Shown piece after piece: positions 1-7,650 of a stretch of DNA of 64,000 bases (its first letter is position 1; each line of letters starts with the position of its first letter). The DNA lies in the NCBI GenBank assembly GCA_028868715.1, contig JAGWUB010000002.1:79605-143604 (forward strand), written 5' to 3'. The notes beneath the pieces were generated by a model. That model made no database searches. It worked only from the letters and a program-made list of their open reading frames with translations, and was not told where the DNA came from. The position numbers and the translations under genes were made by a program. The DNA is from Patescibacteria group bacterium. Lineage in GTDB: Bacteria > Patescibacteriota > Minisyncoccia > Phycocordibacterales > UBA9973.

Positions 1-290
1 ATATAATCCGGATCGTTAAAAGTTTTAAAAAATTTTTCAAAATCTTTTACTGAGTAATACTTATGAAAAGTCGTTACCATTTTATATTTAGAAAGAATGC
101 GTGCTATTTCAAAAGTACCACAGGTGGCCATGTTTGCAGTCATTATCGGCAGGCCCTTCCATTTTTTGGGAGAATGATAAAAAGTAAAAGACCTCTCTAG
201 TAAGACGTCTTTTCTGGATGTTAGTGTGCTTCTCTTGGGTCTCAAGAGCACATCTCTATAGTCTAATTTCACATCATCCAAGATTCTCAT
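1..290 (-). CDS. guaC: GMP reductase, 3'-truncated by window edge (N-terminus MRILDDVKLDYRDVLLRPKRSTLTSRKDV...)
   Basis: Own translation of the minus strand; the N-terminus closely parallels the GuaC N-terminus as recalled from memory ([37 protein letters not shown]). Not in the ORF track because it runs off the window edge. Confidence 0.75.
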   Translation of the reverse strand, partial: MRILDDVKLDYRDVLLRPKRSTLTSRKDVLLERSFTFYHSPKKWKGLPIMTANMATCGTFEIARILSKYKMVTTFHKYYSVKDFEKFFKTFNDPDY

Positions 291-369
291 ATGCATAAAG
301 TATACACTAATAAAAAAAGCGCGCCTAGTGGAAATAAAATCCACTAGACGCGCAGGTAATAGTCTCTTC

Positions 370-630
370 TTAAAGAACACCGAATAGGGGGCCCTTGGTG
401 GGCGCCATCTTCTTTTCGCCTTCGTAGGCTTTTTGCGCTCGCTTGTAATCTTCGATAAAGGCCTTGGCGGCCTCCTCGAGGTTGAAGCCGCTTCCGGTAA
501 TACTTCTCCCGAAACGACTCAAAAAAAAGGTGAATTTATTTTTTCCCACCCGGAGCGTAGAGCGGTCTAGGCAATCTGCCTCTTCGGGGATGGTACATCC
601 CTCCTCAGCTTCAGCTTCAAAAATACTCAT
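370..630 (-). CDS. hypothetical small protein in a GC-rich gene; weak HicB/UPF0150-like GSG..LEEA motif
   Basis: 86-aa ORF. Local GC is clearly above the surroundings. No confident family assignment. Confidence 0.4.
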   Translation of the reverse strand: MSIFEAEAEEGCTIPEEADCLDRSTLRVGKNKFTFFLSRFGRSITGSGFNLEEAAKAFIEDYKRAQKAYEGEKKMAPTKGPLFGVL

Positions 631-686
631 ATTTATTAATACCTCCTTGCGTACAATATCAATTTTTTAAAAAAAAGCAATAGAAG

Positions 687-992
687 CTACTTATTGTATT
701 GGACTCTTACTCCTTCCTTTACGAGCAAAGCTCTTTTGGCTTTTATGCCACCCTTAGCTGAATATCCACCAAGTGTTCCATCACTACGGACGACTCTATG
801 GCAAGGGATAAATGGAGCCATGGGGTTTTTCCCGACAGCATTAGCGACTGCTCGGATGGCACTTGGTTTACCGATACTTTTTGCTAGCTCTTTATAGGTG
901 ACAGTCTTCCCTTTTGGAATTTTTAAAAGCGCGCCCCATACTGTTTTCTGAAACGGTGTTCCTTGTAGTTTTTTAACGTCAATATTTTTCAT
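687..992 (-). CDS. ogt: methylated-DNA--protein-cysteine methyltransferase, minimal C-terminal domain only
   Basis: PCHRVV active-site motif, HTH-like KELAKSIG segment, 101 aa. Confidence 0.75.
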   Translation of the reverse strand: MKNIDVKKLQGTPFQKTVWGALLKIPKGKTVTYKELAKSIGKPSAIRAVANAVGKNPMAPFIPCHRVVRSDGTLGGYSAKGGIKAKRALLVKEGVRVQYNK

Positions 993-1012
993 CCTATTTG
1001 AAATCCGACAAC

Positions 1013-1327
1013 CTATTTTTGTTTTTTATCAAATCTATCCTTGTCGCGATTTCTTGATTTTTCTATTACCTTATCCATTTCAATGTCTAGATCTATGTTG
1101 TGTTTATTTGCTAGGCAAATCAAAGAGAACATAACGTCCGCTATTTCTTGTCCAAGTTCTTGTTCTGCCTCGCTGACTTTTTTAGGTTTAGAACCGTACA
1201 TATGGTTAAGAAGTCTACCCACCTCTCCTACTTCTTCAACAATCCTGGCAAAGATAGACAACGCAGGCCAATAAGGTTCTTCATAACCCTGAACCCAATC
1301 ATCAATTTCTTGCTGATATTTCTTCAT
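1013..1327 (-). CDS. MazG-like nucleotide pyrophosphohydrolase domain protein
   Basis: EEVGEV...ELGQEIADV motifs typical of the MazG/NTP-PPase all-alpha fold. Confidence 0.6.
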   Translation of the reverse strand: MKKYQQEIDDWVQGYEEPYWPALSIFARIVEEVGEVGRLLNHMYGSKPKKVSEAEQELGQEIADVMFSLICLANKHNIDLDIEMDKVIEKSRNRDKDRFDKKQK

Positions 1328-1346
1328 GAAGCAAGTATAGCAAATT

Positions 1347-2402
1347 TTATTTTAGAACAGAATACACACTCGGTGTCTCTAACCCGAGCACCCAAGCGGA
1401 AAAACCTTGGAGTTTATATTGTCGAATAAGGCTAATTTTTGGAGTTACACTTTTTGCGTTTTCGTACCAGAGAGTAAATTTATTTTTATTATATTTGTAT
1501 TTCAAATAAGAAGTTTTATCAGTTGCACTATATCCGGCTGTGGCGTGCTTATTTTTTATTGTATTAGTCACGCCTACATACCCACCTACACTGATGAGTT
1601 TTCCTGAGGTATCATTCCATAGCCAGTAATACAATGGTATTCCTAAAGATATTTTATTTGGAGGAATATATTTTAAACTATATTTTACAATTTTTACCAA
1701 CCACGGATATGGAGAAATGGCACCTTTAGAGTCTGGGTTATCGTAGGACATTATACTTATAAAATCCGCACTCATACCCAGAGCCCCATAATCATACACA
1801 CCAATTATCCTATTCCATAGGTCTCTCGGATAATCAGCTGGATTTGAGGATATTTGCGCTATCACGGCAACGCTGAGAATTAAATTATGTTGCTTCATTG
1901 CAGTATATGTTCTTGCCACAAAAGCTGAATATTTATCTCGATAAGTAGCATCCATTCCCTCAAAATCAAACTGCCAGCCATAATATTTTTGCTGTTGTGC
2001 TTCAGTAATCAGAGCATTTATCGCCAAGTCTTGCTTCGCCGTATCATCTAAAATAGAATTTGCTGTGCTTTTACTAAAACCTTTGTTGGTGACTAAGGGC
2101 ATAACTTTAATATTGTTTGTTTGCGCAAAGGTTAAGATAGCAGGATCAATAGCTCCCACCAGAAGCCCAGTATTATCAATAGAATAGGTCTGTGGTGCTA
2201 GTATATCTATAGACGTTGGATGAGCAAAGAGTGAAGCTCTAGCGTCTGGATTGTCCTTAAAATAGAAAATTTTTGAAATCGGAATTGGCTTTGCGGGGGT
2301 AGTAGATTTTGCTTTTGTCGCTGCTTCTGCACTCGTACCAGTCATGATAGAAAGCACAATAAAAACGAAAACAAACAATTTTATCCATTTAAAGTTTTTC
2401 AT
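1347..2402 (-). CDS. secreted glycoside hydrolase family 18-like protein
   Basis: Signal peptide. YGWQFDFEG aligns to the GH18 DGxDxDWE motif, and IMSYD aligns to MTYD. Confidence 0.55.
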   Translation of the reverse strand: MKNFKWIKLFVFVFIVLSIMTGTSAEAATKAKSTTPAKPIPISKIFYFKDNPDARASLFAHPTSIDILAPQTYSIDNTGLLVGAIDPAILTFAQTNNIKVMPLVTNKGFSKSTANSILDDTAKQDLAINALITEAQQQKYYGWQFDFEGMDATYRDKYSAFVARTYTAMKQHNLILSVAVIAQISSNPADYPRDLWNRIIGVYDYGALGMSADFISIMSYDNPDSKGAISPYPWLVKIVKYSLKYIPPNKISLGIPLYYWLWNDTSGKLISVGGYVGVTNTIKNKHATAGYSATDKTSYLKYKYNKNKFTLWYENAKSVTPKISLIRQYKLQGFSAWVLGLETPSVYSVLK

Positions 2403-2409
2403 AATTATT

Positions 2410-2754
2410 TTAGAGTCCCCCGAAGTCAGTATTAATACTATTGATTGAGGACTGGATCATACTTTGTGTCCACGTGTAAACTAGCCAGATGGTGACAATA
2501 GTCGAAATTATCAGCAAGGCCCAGGCAATCTGGCCGATACGTTTCGTCTTCGGATCTAGCGATTTGTAGTACTTCATTCCCGGCCATCTCGTCACAAAAA
2601 GAAAGGCTATCATTGGCAGAGCAATACTAAAAGCATATACCCATGCCTGTGTTCTCACACTGGTAGAAAGTGGAGCAGAATTTATTTTAGTACCACAATT
2701 CGGACAAAAATAATATTGTGGCAATATTGGCTGATGACAAACTGAACAGATCAT
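2410..2754 (-). CDS. zinc-ribbon membrane protein
   Basis: N-terminal CxxC...CxxC followed by two hydrophobic helices. Confidence 0.5.
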   Translation of the reverse strand: MICSVCHQPILPQYYFCPNCGTKINSAPLSTSVRTQAWVYAFSIALPMIAFLFVTRWPGMKYYKSLDPKTKRIGQIAWALLIISTIVTIWLVYTWTQSMIQSSINSINTDFGGL

Positions 2755-2783
2755 GAACTATATTTTATCACAACCTGCTAGAA

Positions 2784-3623
2784 TCAGCGAATTACCGAAA
2801 GATAAATTGAGTTACAAAGATTTGAATTATTTTGACACACAGTAATCGTGTCGGATCCAATGGCTAGAGCTGAAATTACCAAAGAAGTATTATTGGCTGT
2901 CTGATTATAACCACCAGCATTGCATGGTTGACCCGTTAAATAACTATACATTGAAGTTCCAGTACATCCTGGAACATATGAATTAGGATAATATGGCAAT
3001 CCGACATTGTAATTATAGTTATAGTTGTTGTTATAATTATAATTCATGGCCCCCACACATGGCTGGCCGGTCAAAAAACTATATAATGAAGTTGCCGTAC
3101 ACCCCGGAGCAAATAAAGAATAAGATACGGATGCCACACTAGGATTGGAATTACTAGATACATACATACCCCCCGAACCAAGGTTGGAAGGCGAAATGGT
3201 TATGGAGTCTCCAGTAGAAAGATTGAGATTAGAAATATTCAAACCCAACATATTTGTCGAATTATTGTATCCATATCCATAGTTGTTGTAGTTGTAGTTG
3301 TTATAGTTATTGTAATAACCAGTTACGGTAATGTATAGAGTATTACAGGAATAATTATTATTTTCGCAAATAGTGGCAGTCGTGCTCCCATTACTGTTTC
3401 CGTAAATTAAAATATTGTTACCGTTGATCGAGACTGTGGCTACGGACGGGTTGTAATTATTTGAAATATAAAGATAGGTCGAAACATTATACGCGTATAC
3501 AGTAGTGGATTGCCCAACAGCCAAAGAAACACTGCTCTGGCTCAAATTTGCCGCATGTGCATTACCACTAAAAGCTATAAAAACAAGACACAATATCACA
3601 ATTAACCCTTTGTATATTTTCAT
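2784..3623 (-). CDS. secreted surface protein with two Big_2-like domains, N/Y-rich low-complexity linkers and a duplicated Cys module
   Basis: Signal peptide. NPSVATVS and NPSVASVS motifs typical of Big_2. NYNNYNYNNYGYGYNN tracts. Duplicated C[TG][AG]TS[LM]YS[FY]LTGQPC module. Confidence 0.55.
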   Translation of the reverse strand: MKIYKGLIVILCLVFIAFSGNAHAANLSQSSVSLAVGQSTTVYAYNVSTYLYISNNYNPSVATVSINGNNILIYGNSNGSTTATICENNNYSCNTLYITVTGYYNNYNNYNYNNYGYGYNNSTNMLGLNISNLNLSTGDSITISPSNLGSGGMYVSSNSNPSVASVSYSLFAPGCTATSLYSFLTGQPCVGAMNYNYNNNYNYNYNVGLPYYPNSYVPGCTGTSMYSYLTGQPCNAGGYNQTANNTSLVISALAIGSDTITVCQNNSNLCNSIYLSVIR

Positions 3624-3790
3624 ATAAATATGATTAATTTAGTCTAATAATACCGACTACTTTACTATAATAATACATGCCATAAAAATGACAAGCAAAA
3701 GAACATTTTTCGACCTACAATTACCTTGACGTTTTAGCCTAAAGTGCATTACATACAAAAAAACATCCCATGATAAAGGTGTTTTTTTGA

Positions 3791-4699
3791 TTATAGATTA
3801 AATGGATGAAGCGGTTTCGTATTTAAAATATTTTCCGCTTCCTGATACCCCTCACTAAAGTCATAATTCCAGCGAGGAGGAAGAGCAAAAACATAAAGAT
3901 TATTACGCGCTAGTTCACTAGCATTAATTGGCGCAGCTCCAGTATAGAAATCTCCAGCAATGTATGAATTCCATTGTTTTATTGTGAAGATCATTATTGG
4001 TATATCTTCATAATGTTTTTCTGCTGTCCAATTTGGATTTCTTATCAAGAGAGTTGCTCCTGTTGCCACCTTGGTATTTGCTTGGGAAGTTCCATCCCAA
4101 GTACTTTTTACTACTGAGTATCCCTTCCAGTCGTCAGGTAAGGAAAAAGTAAACCCATAATCATTGTTTGTGTATGTGACAGATGATTCATCGATAAATT
4201 TAAAAGTAGAAAAAATCTGATCGGCGCTATCACCCCCTGAAGTTATAGACGTATATGTTCTGATGACGTATACCTTGCCAGAGTGCATGAGCCATATTGC
4301 TTCAAATGAGCCACCGTCATTATATTCAAAACCTGTAGCATTGTTAATCTGAACAGGAGTAAGTGAAACGCTTGTAGATAATTTTTCTTTTACGTCATCT
4401 AGTGAAGTAAGGTCACTCCTCAATCCAACACTAAAGTAAGTGGTCTGTACTTTTTTGGATATTGGATTGATCTCAACGGTATCTCCATTATCTTGCACAG
4501 TCCATGAAGGAGGATATTTTACTTCAAATCCCATTTTTGAACTAGTGTACGTTTTTAGAGTTTCTGTATCACCTTGTTCTGAATAATGTTTAGCTCCAAA
4601 GAAATACTGCCAGTTTCTTTCGAAATAATACCCAATATTGGCAAAAATTATTATTAAAACGATAATTGCAATTATAAAAAAAAATTTAAACTTTTTCAT
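3791..4699 (-). CDS. membrane-anchored extracellular hypothetical protein
   Basis: N-terminal TM/signal anchor (FFFIIAIIVLIIIFANIGYYF). No recognisable domain. A terminator-like hairpin follows at about 3745-3775. Confidence 0.5.
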   Translation of the reverse strand: MKKFKFFFIIAIIVLIIIFANIGYYFERNWQYFFGAKHYSEQGDTETLKTYTSSKMGFEVKYPPSWTVQDNGDTVEINPISKKVQTTYFSVGLRSDLTSLDDVKEKLSTSVSLTPVQINNATGFEYNDGGSFEAIWLMHSGKVYVIRTYTSITSGGDSADQIFSTFKFIDESSVTYTNNDYGFTFSLPDDWKGYSVVKSTWDGTSQANTKVATGATLLIRNPNWTAEKHYEDIPIMIFTIKQWNSYIAGDFYTGAAPINASELARNNLYVFALPPRWNYDFSEGYQEAENILNTKPLHPFNL

Positions 4700-4726
4700 T
4701 TGAACTCAGAATAGCTACTGATATTA

Positions 4727-4882
4727 TTTAAATGCAAAAGAAATCAGAACGATAGTCAAAGCATTGAGAATTACTAATACTATTACATTTTGTAATTTCG
4801 TAGAAAGCGGATGTAAAAGAATATATACAGTGTATATTATTGCCACAATTGCTGCACCGAGAAAGTTTCCTTTTATTATCAT
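4727..4882 (-). CDS. possible 51-aa two-helix membrane peptide (MIIKGNFLGAAIVAIIYTVYILLHPLSTKLQNVIVLVILNALTIVLIFFCI)
   Basis: Hand-translated ORF below the track size cutoff, on the locally consistent strand, strongly hydrophobic. The overlapping plus ORF 4764..4967 is judged spurious. Confidence 0.3.
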
Positions 4883-4923
4883 AACTTTATTATACTATAA
4901 TATATGTCAAAAAGTACTAAACC

Positions 4924-4942
4924 TGACGAAGGGCTGGCCGTG
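4924..4942. repeat. left copy of an imperfect direct repeat (tgacgaagggctgg + ccgtg) bracketing the nuclease cassette
   Basis: The 14-mer tgacgaagggctgg is exact at 4924-4937 and 7622-7635. Both copies are followed by ccgtg, but the right copy carries a 10-nt insertion gagactagga. Confidence 0.5.
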
Positions 4943-4979
4943 TGGCGCGAAGTCGGAACTAATTTAACAGCTTAAATTA

Positions 4980-5627
4980 CTAGACCGTAATTCGCTTATG
5001 AATAATTTCTGAGCCCTTTGACTTTCGAGGGAAACTTCCTTTTTCATCCACAAAAGAAAGTTCTTTATCAGGATGGTTGGTCTTTTTAGGGAAAAGTACT
5101 GTAATTTTTTTAATGTCAGTGTATGGTGCTACCTTCAATTTTTCTCCCTCAATCTCCGAAGTAGAACGGCCCGAGCGTACCTGCTTAGTTGGGCTTTCCT
5201 CTATAAGCTTACTCATAGCCTCAGCAGCTATTTGCCAGTAAGTACAGACGGCAATTAAGTGTTCAGCAGGAGTTCCTTCATGGTATTCCTCAAGATGCTC
5301 AAGCAACTCTTCTGTAAACTCCCATAGGGTGTCCCATATTTGCGATCCTTCTGAATAATCTATTTTTGTTGATTCTTGTAGCATTAACATAAATGCTAAA
5401 TTCAATAAAGGAACATTATTTTCAGCATGATGGGCAAATACTTCTAACCAATTACCTTCGAGTTTTCCATACAAGTTAGGATAATCTTTGTATTTCTCTT
5501 TTTTCTTTTCTTCCCATTCGGCATCAAATTTTTCACTAGCAATCTGTTCTTTTTCGTCTTCTTTTTGGCGATAAATTTTCCAAAGATAGTAAGCTATTAT
5601 TCCAAGTATTATATAAAGTAAAGTCAT
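4980..5627 (-). CDS. hypothetical protein with N-terminal TM anchor (third gene of the nuclease cassette)
   Basis: 215 aa, a single N-terminal hydrophobic helix. Only a 15-bp gap to the upstream gene. Confidence 0.55.
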   Translation of the reverse strand: MTLLYIILGIIAYYLWKIYRQKEDEKEQIASEKFDAEWEEKKKEKYKDYPNLYGKLEGNWLEVFAHHAENNVPLLNLAFMLMLQESTKIDYSEGSQIWDTLWEFTEELLEHLEEYHEGTPAEHLIAVCTYWQIAAEAMSKLIEESPTKQVRSGRSTSEIEGEKLKVAPYTDIKKITVLFPKKTNHPDKELSFVDEKGSFPRKSKGSEIIHKRITV

Positions 5628-5641
5628 ATATTTTTATTGTA

Positions 5642-6034
5642 TCATTCCTTATTTAATTCCCAAAGTTTCCAATAAACATCTTGAAAGTTTGGTAGTAGTG
5701 TTGGTATTTTATTTAATTTTTTATAGATATTTTCCTGTATTTCAAAAGCATCATTCCATGCATATTTTTCGTCAAAAATTTTACCATCACGACCTAAATA
5801 CTGAGAAAAGAGATGTGTTTCAATATTAGTTTCTGGGATAATAACTATTACACTATCAACCCAAAAATAGGTTGTATCATCATGTTCACCATTTGTATAG
5901 CTTTCTATTCTTAATGGTTCATCACGAAGTTTAATTTTTACTTTTGCCTTTAAATATTGTAGAAAATAATTAAGTTTATTTTCGTAATTTAAGACTTCTT
6001 CTTTTGCTGGTTTTTCTTTAAAGAATATTTTCAT
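5642..6034 (-). CDS. hypothetical 130-aa protein (second gene of the nuclease cassette)
   Basis: No recognisable motif. 19-bp gap to the nuclease gene and 15-bp gap to the next gene, so cotranscription is likely. Confidence 0.55.
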   Translation of the reverse strand: MKIFFKEKPAKEEVLNYENKLNYFLQYLKAKVKIKLRDEPLRIESYTNGEHDDTTYFWVDSVIVIIPETNIETHLFSQYLGRDGKIFDEKYAWNDAFEIQENIYKKLNKIPTLLPNFQDVYWKLWELNKE

Positions 6035-6052
6035 GATTTTATTTATATTATT

Positions 6053-7243
6053 TTAAACTCGTTCTTTTTCAATTGTTTTCAAAAACTCATCATATCTTGT
6101 TTTTGTATCGTCAATAATATTTGAGTAGTAAAGAACACTAAAACTGCCTGAACGATATCTCAACCTTTGTTTTAAATCAGCACTAACACTTTTACCAACT
6201 AAATATGCACTAAATGTGCTAAATTTAAAATGCTTTTCTGCAATAGCTATATAAGTTTCAAGTTGGTTTAAATCATCGGTCGTTAATTCATGAGATGGTC
6301 TTTTTAATTCAAGTATTACAAGCCTTTCTCCGACAGTTCCACAAACGAAGTCAGGTCTTTTCTTTCCATGTAATTTTTTGTTGTGTTTTTCTAATTGGTC
6401 GCCAATTGTTTTTCTAAGAGTAGCGTTAGAGTGTAATAGCCAATACCGTTCATCAATAAGCCACATAGCCCTTTCAAGAATTCTATGTATTGAGTTATCG
6501 CCTTTTATTTCCAAAGTTCTTGGGTCGTTAATTCTTTCCTCAAAAAGGTTAATAGTTTCTAGCCGAGTTCTAACCTGTTGAGCTACATTTGTAATAACAT
6601 TTAAGTTCCACCCTTTTAATAGTAAATCTAAGTCTTCAAGGGCACGTTGGGGTTGAGAAGGAAGTTTTTTAATCACAGATAAAAATGCCTCTCTAAAGCC
6701 TGCATTTGCATTGGTAACTACATCACTGATTTGTCCTAGAGTTTCTGTAAGACTATCAAAATCTTCAGCTGAAAGTTTTTTGGAATCTATGTGGGTAACT
6801 ATTTCCTTAAGTAATTCTGGATGACTAATAACTAAGTTGTTGATCTCTTTCTTTTTTTCGGCAGAACTAATTCCTTTTTTAGAAATGTTTTTAATAATTT
6901 TTTCAGCAGATTTCCAGCCAAGTATTGGGGTTAGTTTTTCGTCAATTATATTTTTTACAGTTTCCCATTGGCCTGGTTTAGTAATGTGAAAAGTTGCTCT
7001 TCCCCCTGGCCACCATTTTGAAAGGGTAATTCTTTTTTGAACTTCTCCGTATTCAGGATTGGTAGTTGTGATTTGAACACTAGTTTGTCTATTTACAACC
7101 GACTTAGCTAAGACCCAATCGGGCTCAAAACGAGAACTTTTACATTTTTCGCAGTCAGTATTTCTAAGGTTATTTTCCAGTCCACAACGACTGCATATTT
7201 TTACTTTATTTTCCAGTTTAGTTTTTAATGGTTTTTTAGGCAT
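6053..7243 (-). CDS. zinc-ribbon + NucS/RecB-family PD-(D/E)xK nuclease domain protein (Shedu/DUF4263-like candidate)
   Basis: N-terminal CSRCG...CEKCK zinc ribbon. C-terminal core RPDFVCGTVGERLVILELKRPSHELTTDDLNQLETY has D-14-ExK-13-QxxxY spacing, matching the NucS/RecB/Cas4-type catalytic geometry. Confidence 0.6.
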   Translation of the reverse strand: MPKKPLKTKLENKVKICSRCGLENNLRNTDCEKCKSSRFEPDWVLAKSVVNRQTSVQITTTNPEYGEVQKRITLSKWWPGGRATFHITKPGQWETVKNIIDEKLTPILGWKSAEKIIKNISKKGISSAEKKKEINNLVISHPELLKEIVTHIDSKKLSAEDFDSLTETLGQISDVVTNANAGFREAFLSVIKKLPSQPQRALEDLDLLLKGWNLNVITNVAQQVRTRLETINLFEERINDPRTLEIKGDNSIHRILERAMWLIDERYWLLHSNATLRKTIGDQLEKHNKKLHGKKRPDFVCGTVGERLVILELKRPSHELTTDDLNQLETYIAIAEKHFKFSTFSAYLVGKSVSADLKQRLRYRSGSFSVLYYSNIIDDTKTRYDEFLKTIEKERV

Positions 7244-7301
7244 ATTAAACTTTATCGTACAACTTTTACTATAAAAATCAATATTTTACATAAGTTAGGA
7301 A

Positions 7302-7541
7302 TCAATTAAATAGCCTTAATTTTTTCTCTCTTCTCCAACCTTTTATTTCTGCCTCTCTTCTTCTAGCTTCTTTTAATGTTGTAAATTTTTCAGAATATTT
7401 TAAAGTTACCGGTCGACGTATTTTAGTATAGTGTGCGCCGTCTTTATAATTATTGTGCTGCTGCAATCTTCTTTCAAGATTATTGGTGCAACCGACATAT
7501 AAAGACTTATCGACGCATTCTAGGATGTAAGTGAAATACAT
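7302..7541 (-). CDS. GIY-YIG nuclease family protein (UPF0213/YhbQ-like)
   Basis: YILECVDKSLYVGCTNNLERRLQQH GIY-YIG motif. 79 aa. Confidence 0.75.
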   Translation of the reverse strand: MYFTYILECVDKSLYVGCTNNLERRLQQHNNYKDGAHYTKIRRPVTLKYSEKFTTLKEARRREAEIKGWRREKKLRLFN

Positions 7542-7621
7542 ATATAATATCTTCCCTCACATACGTTCGGGACCTTCGTCCCAGATTTATGATCCGCTGT
7601 CGCAGACCCTGAGGAACAAAG

Positions 7622-7650
7622 TGACGAAGGGCTGGGAGACTAGGACCGTG
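7622..7650. repeat. right copy of the cassette-flanking repeat, fused to a 15-nt duplicate of the tRNA-Gln 3' end (gctgggagactagga at 7631-7645)
   Basis: 7631-7645 is identical to 7789-7803, which covers the tRNA-Gln 3' T-stem strand, acceptor strand and discriminator. 7622-7635 is identical to 4924-4937. Confidence 0.55.

Noticed and set aside
2784-3623. Repetitive DNA as a possible CRISPR array or intergenic tandem repeat
   Set aside because: The repeats are in-frame N/Y codon runs inside a signal-peptide-bearing ORF. There is no repeat-spacer periodicity.
4764-4967. 67-aa plus-strand ORF in the 4.7-4.98 kb gap
   Set aside because: It overlaps the repeat and the more plausible minus-strand small ORF. 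It has no RBS and is on the opposite strand to all neighbours.
6053-7243. Possibility that the 396-aa protein is a restriction endonuclease of an R-M system
   Set aside because: There is no adjacent methyltransferase gene, and neither cassette partner has SAM-binding motifs. This is why a Shedu/NucS-like stand-alone effector is preferred, though an Mrr-like type IV enzyme is not fully excluded.
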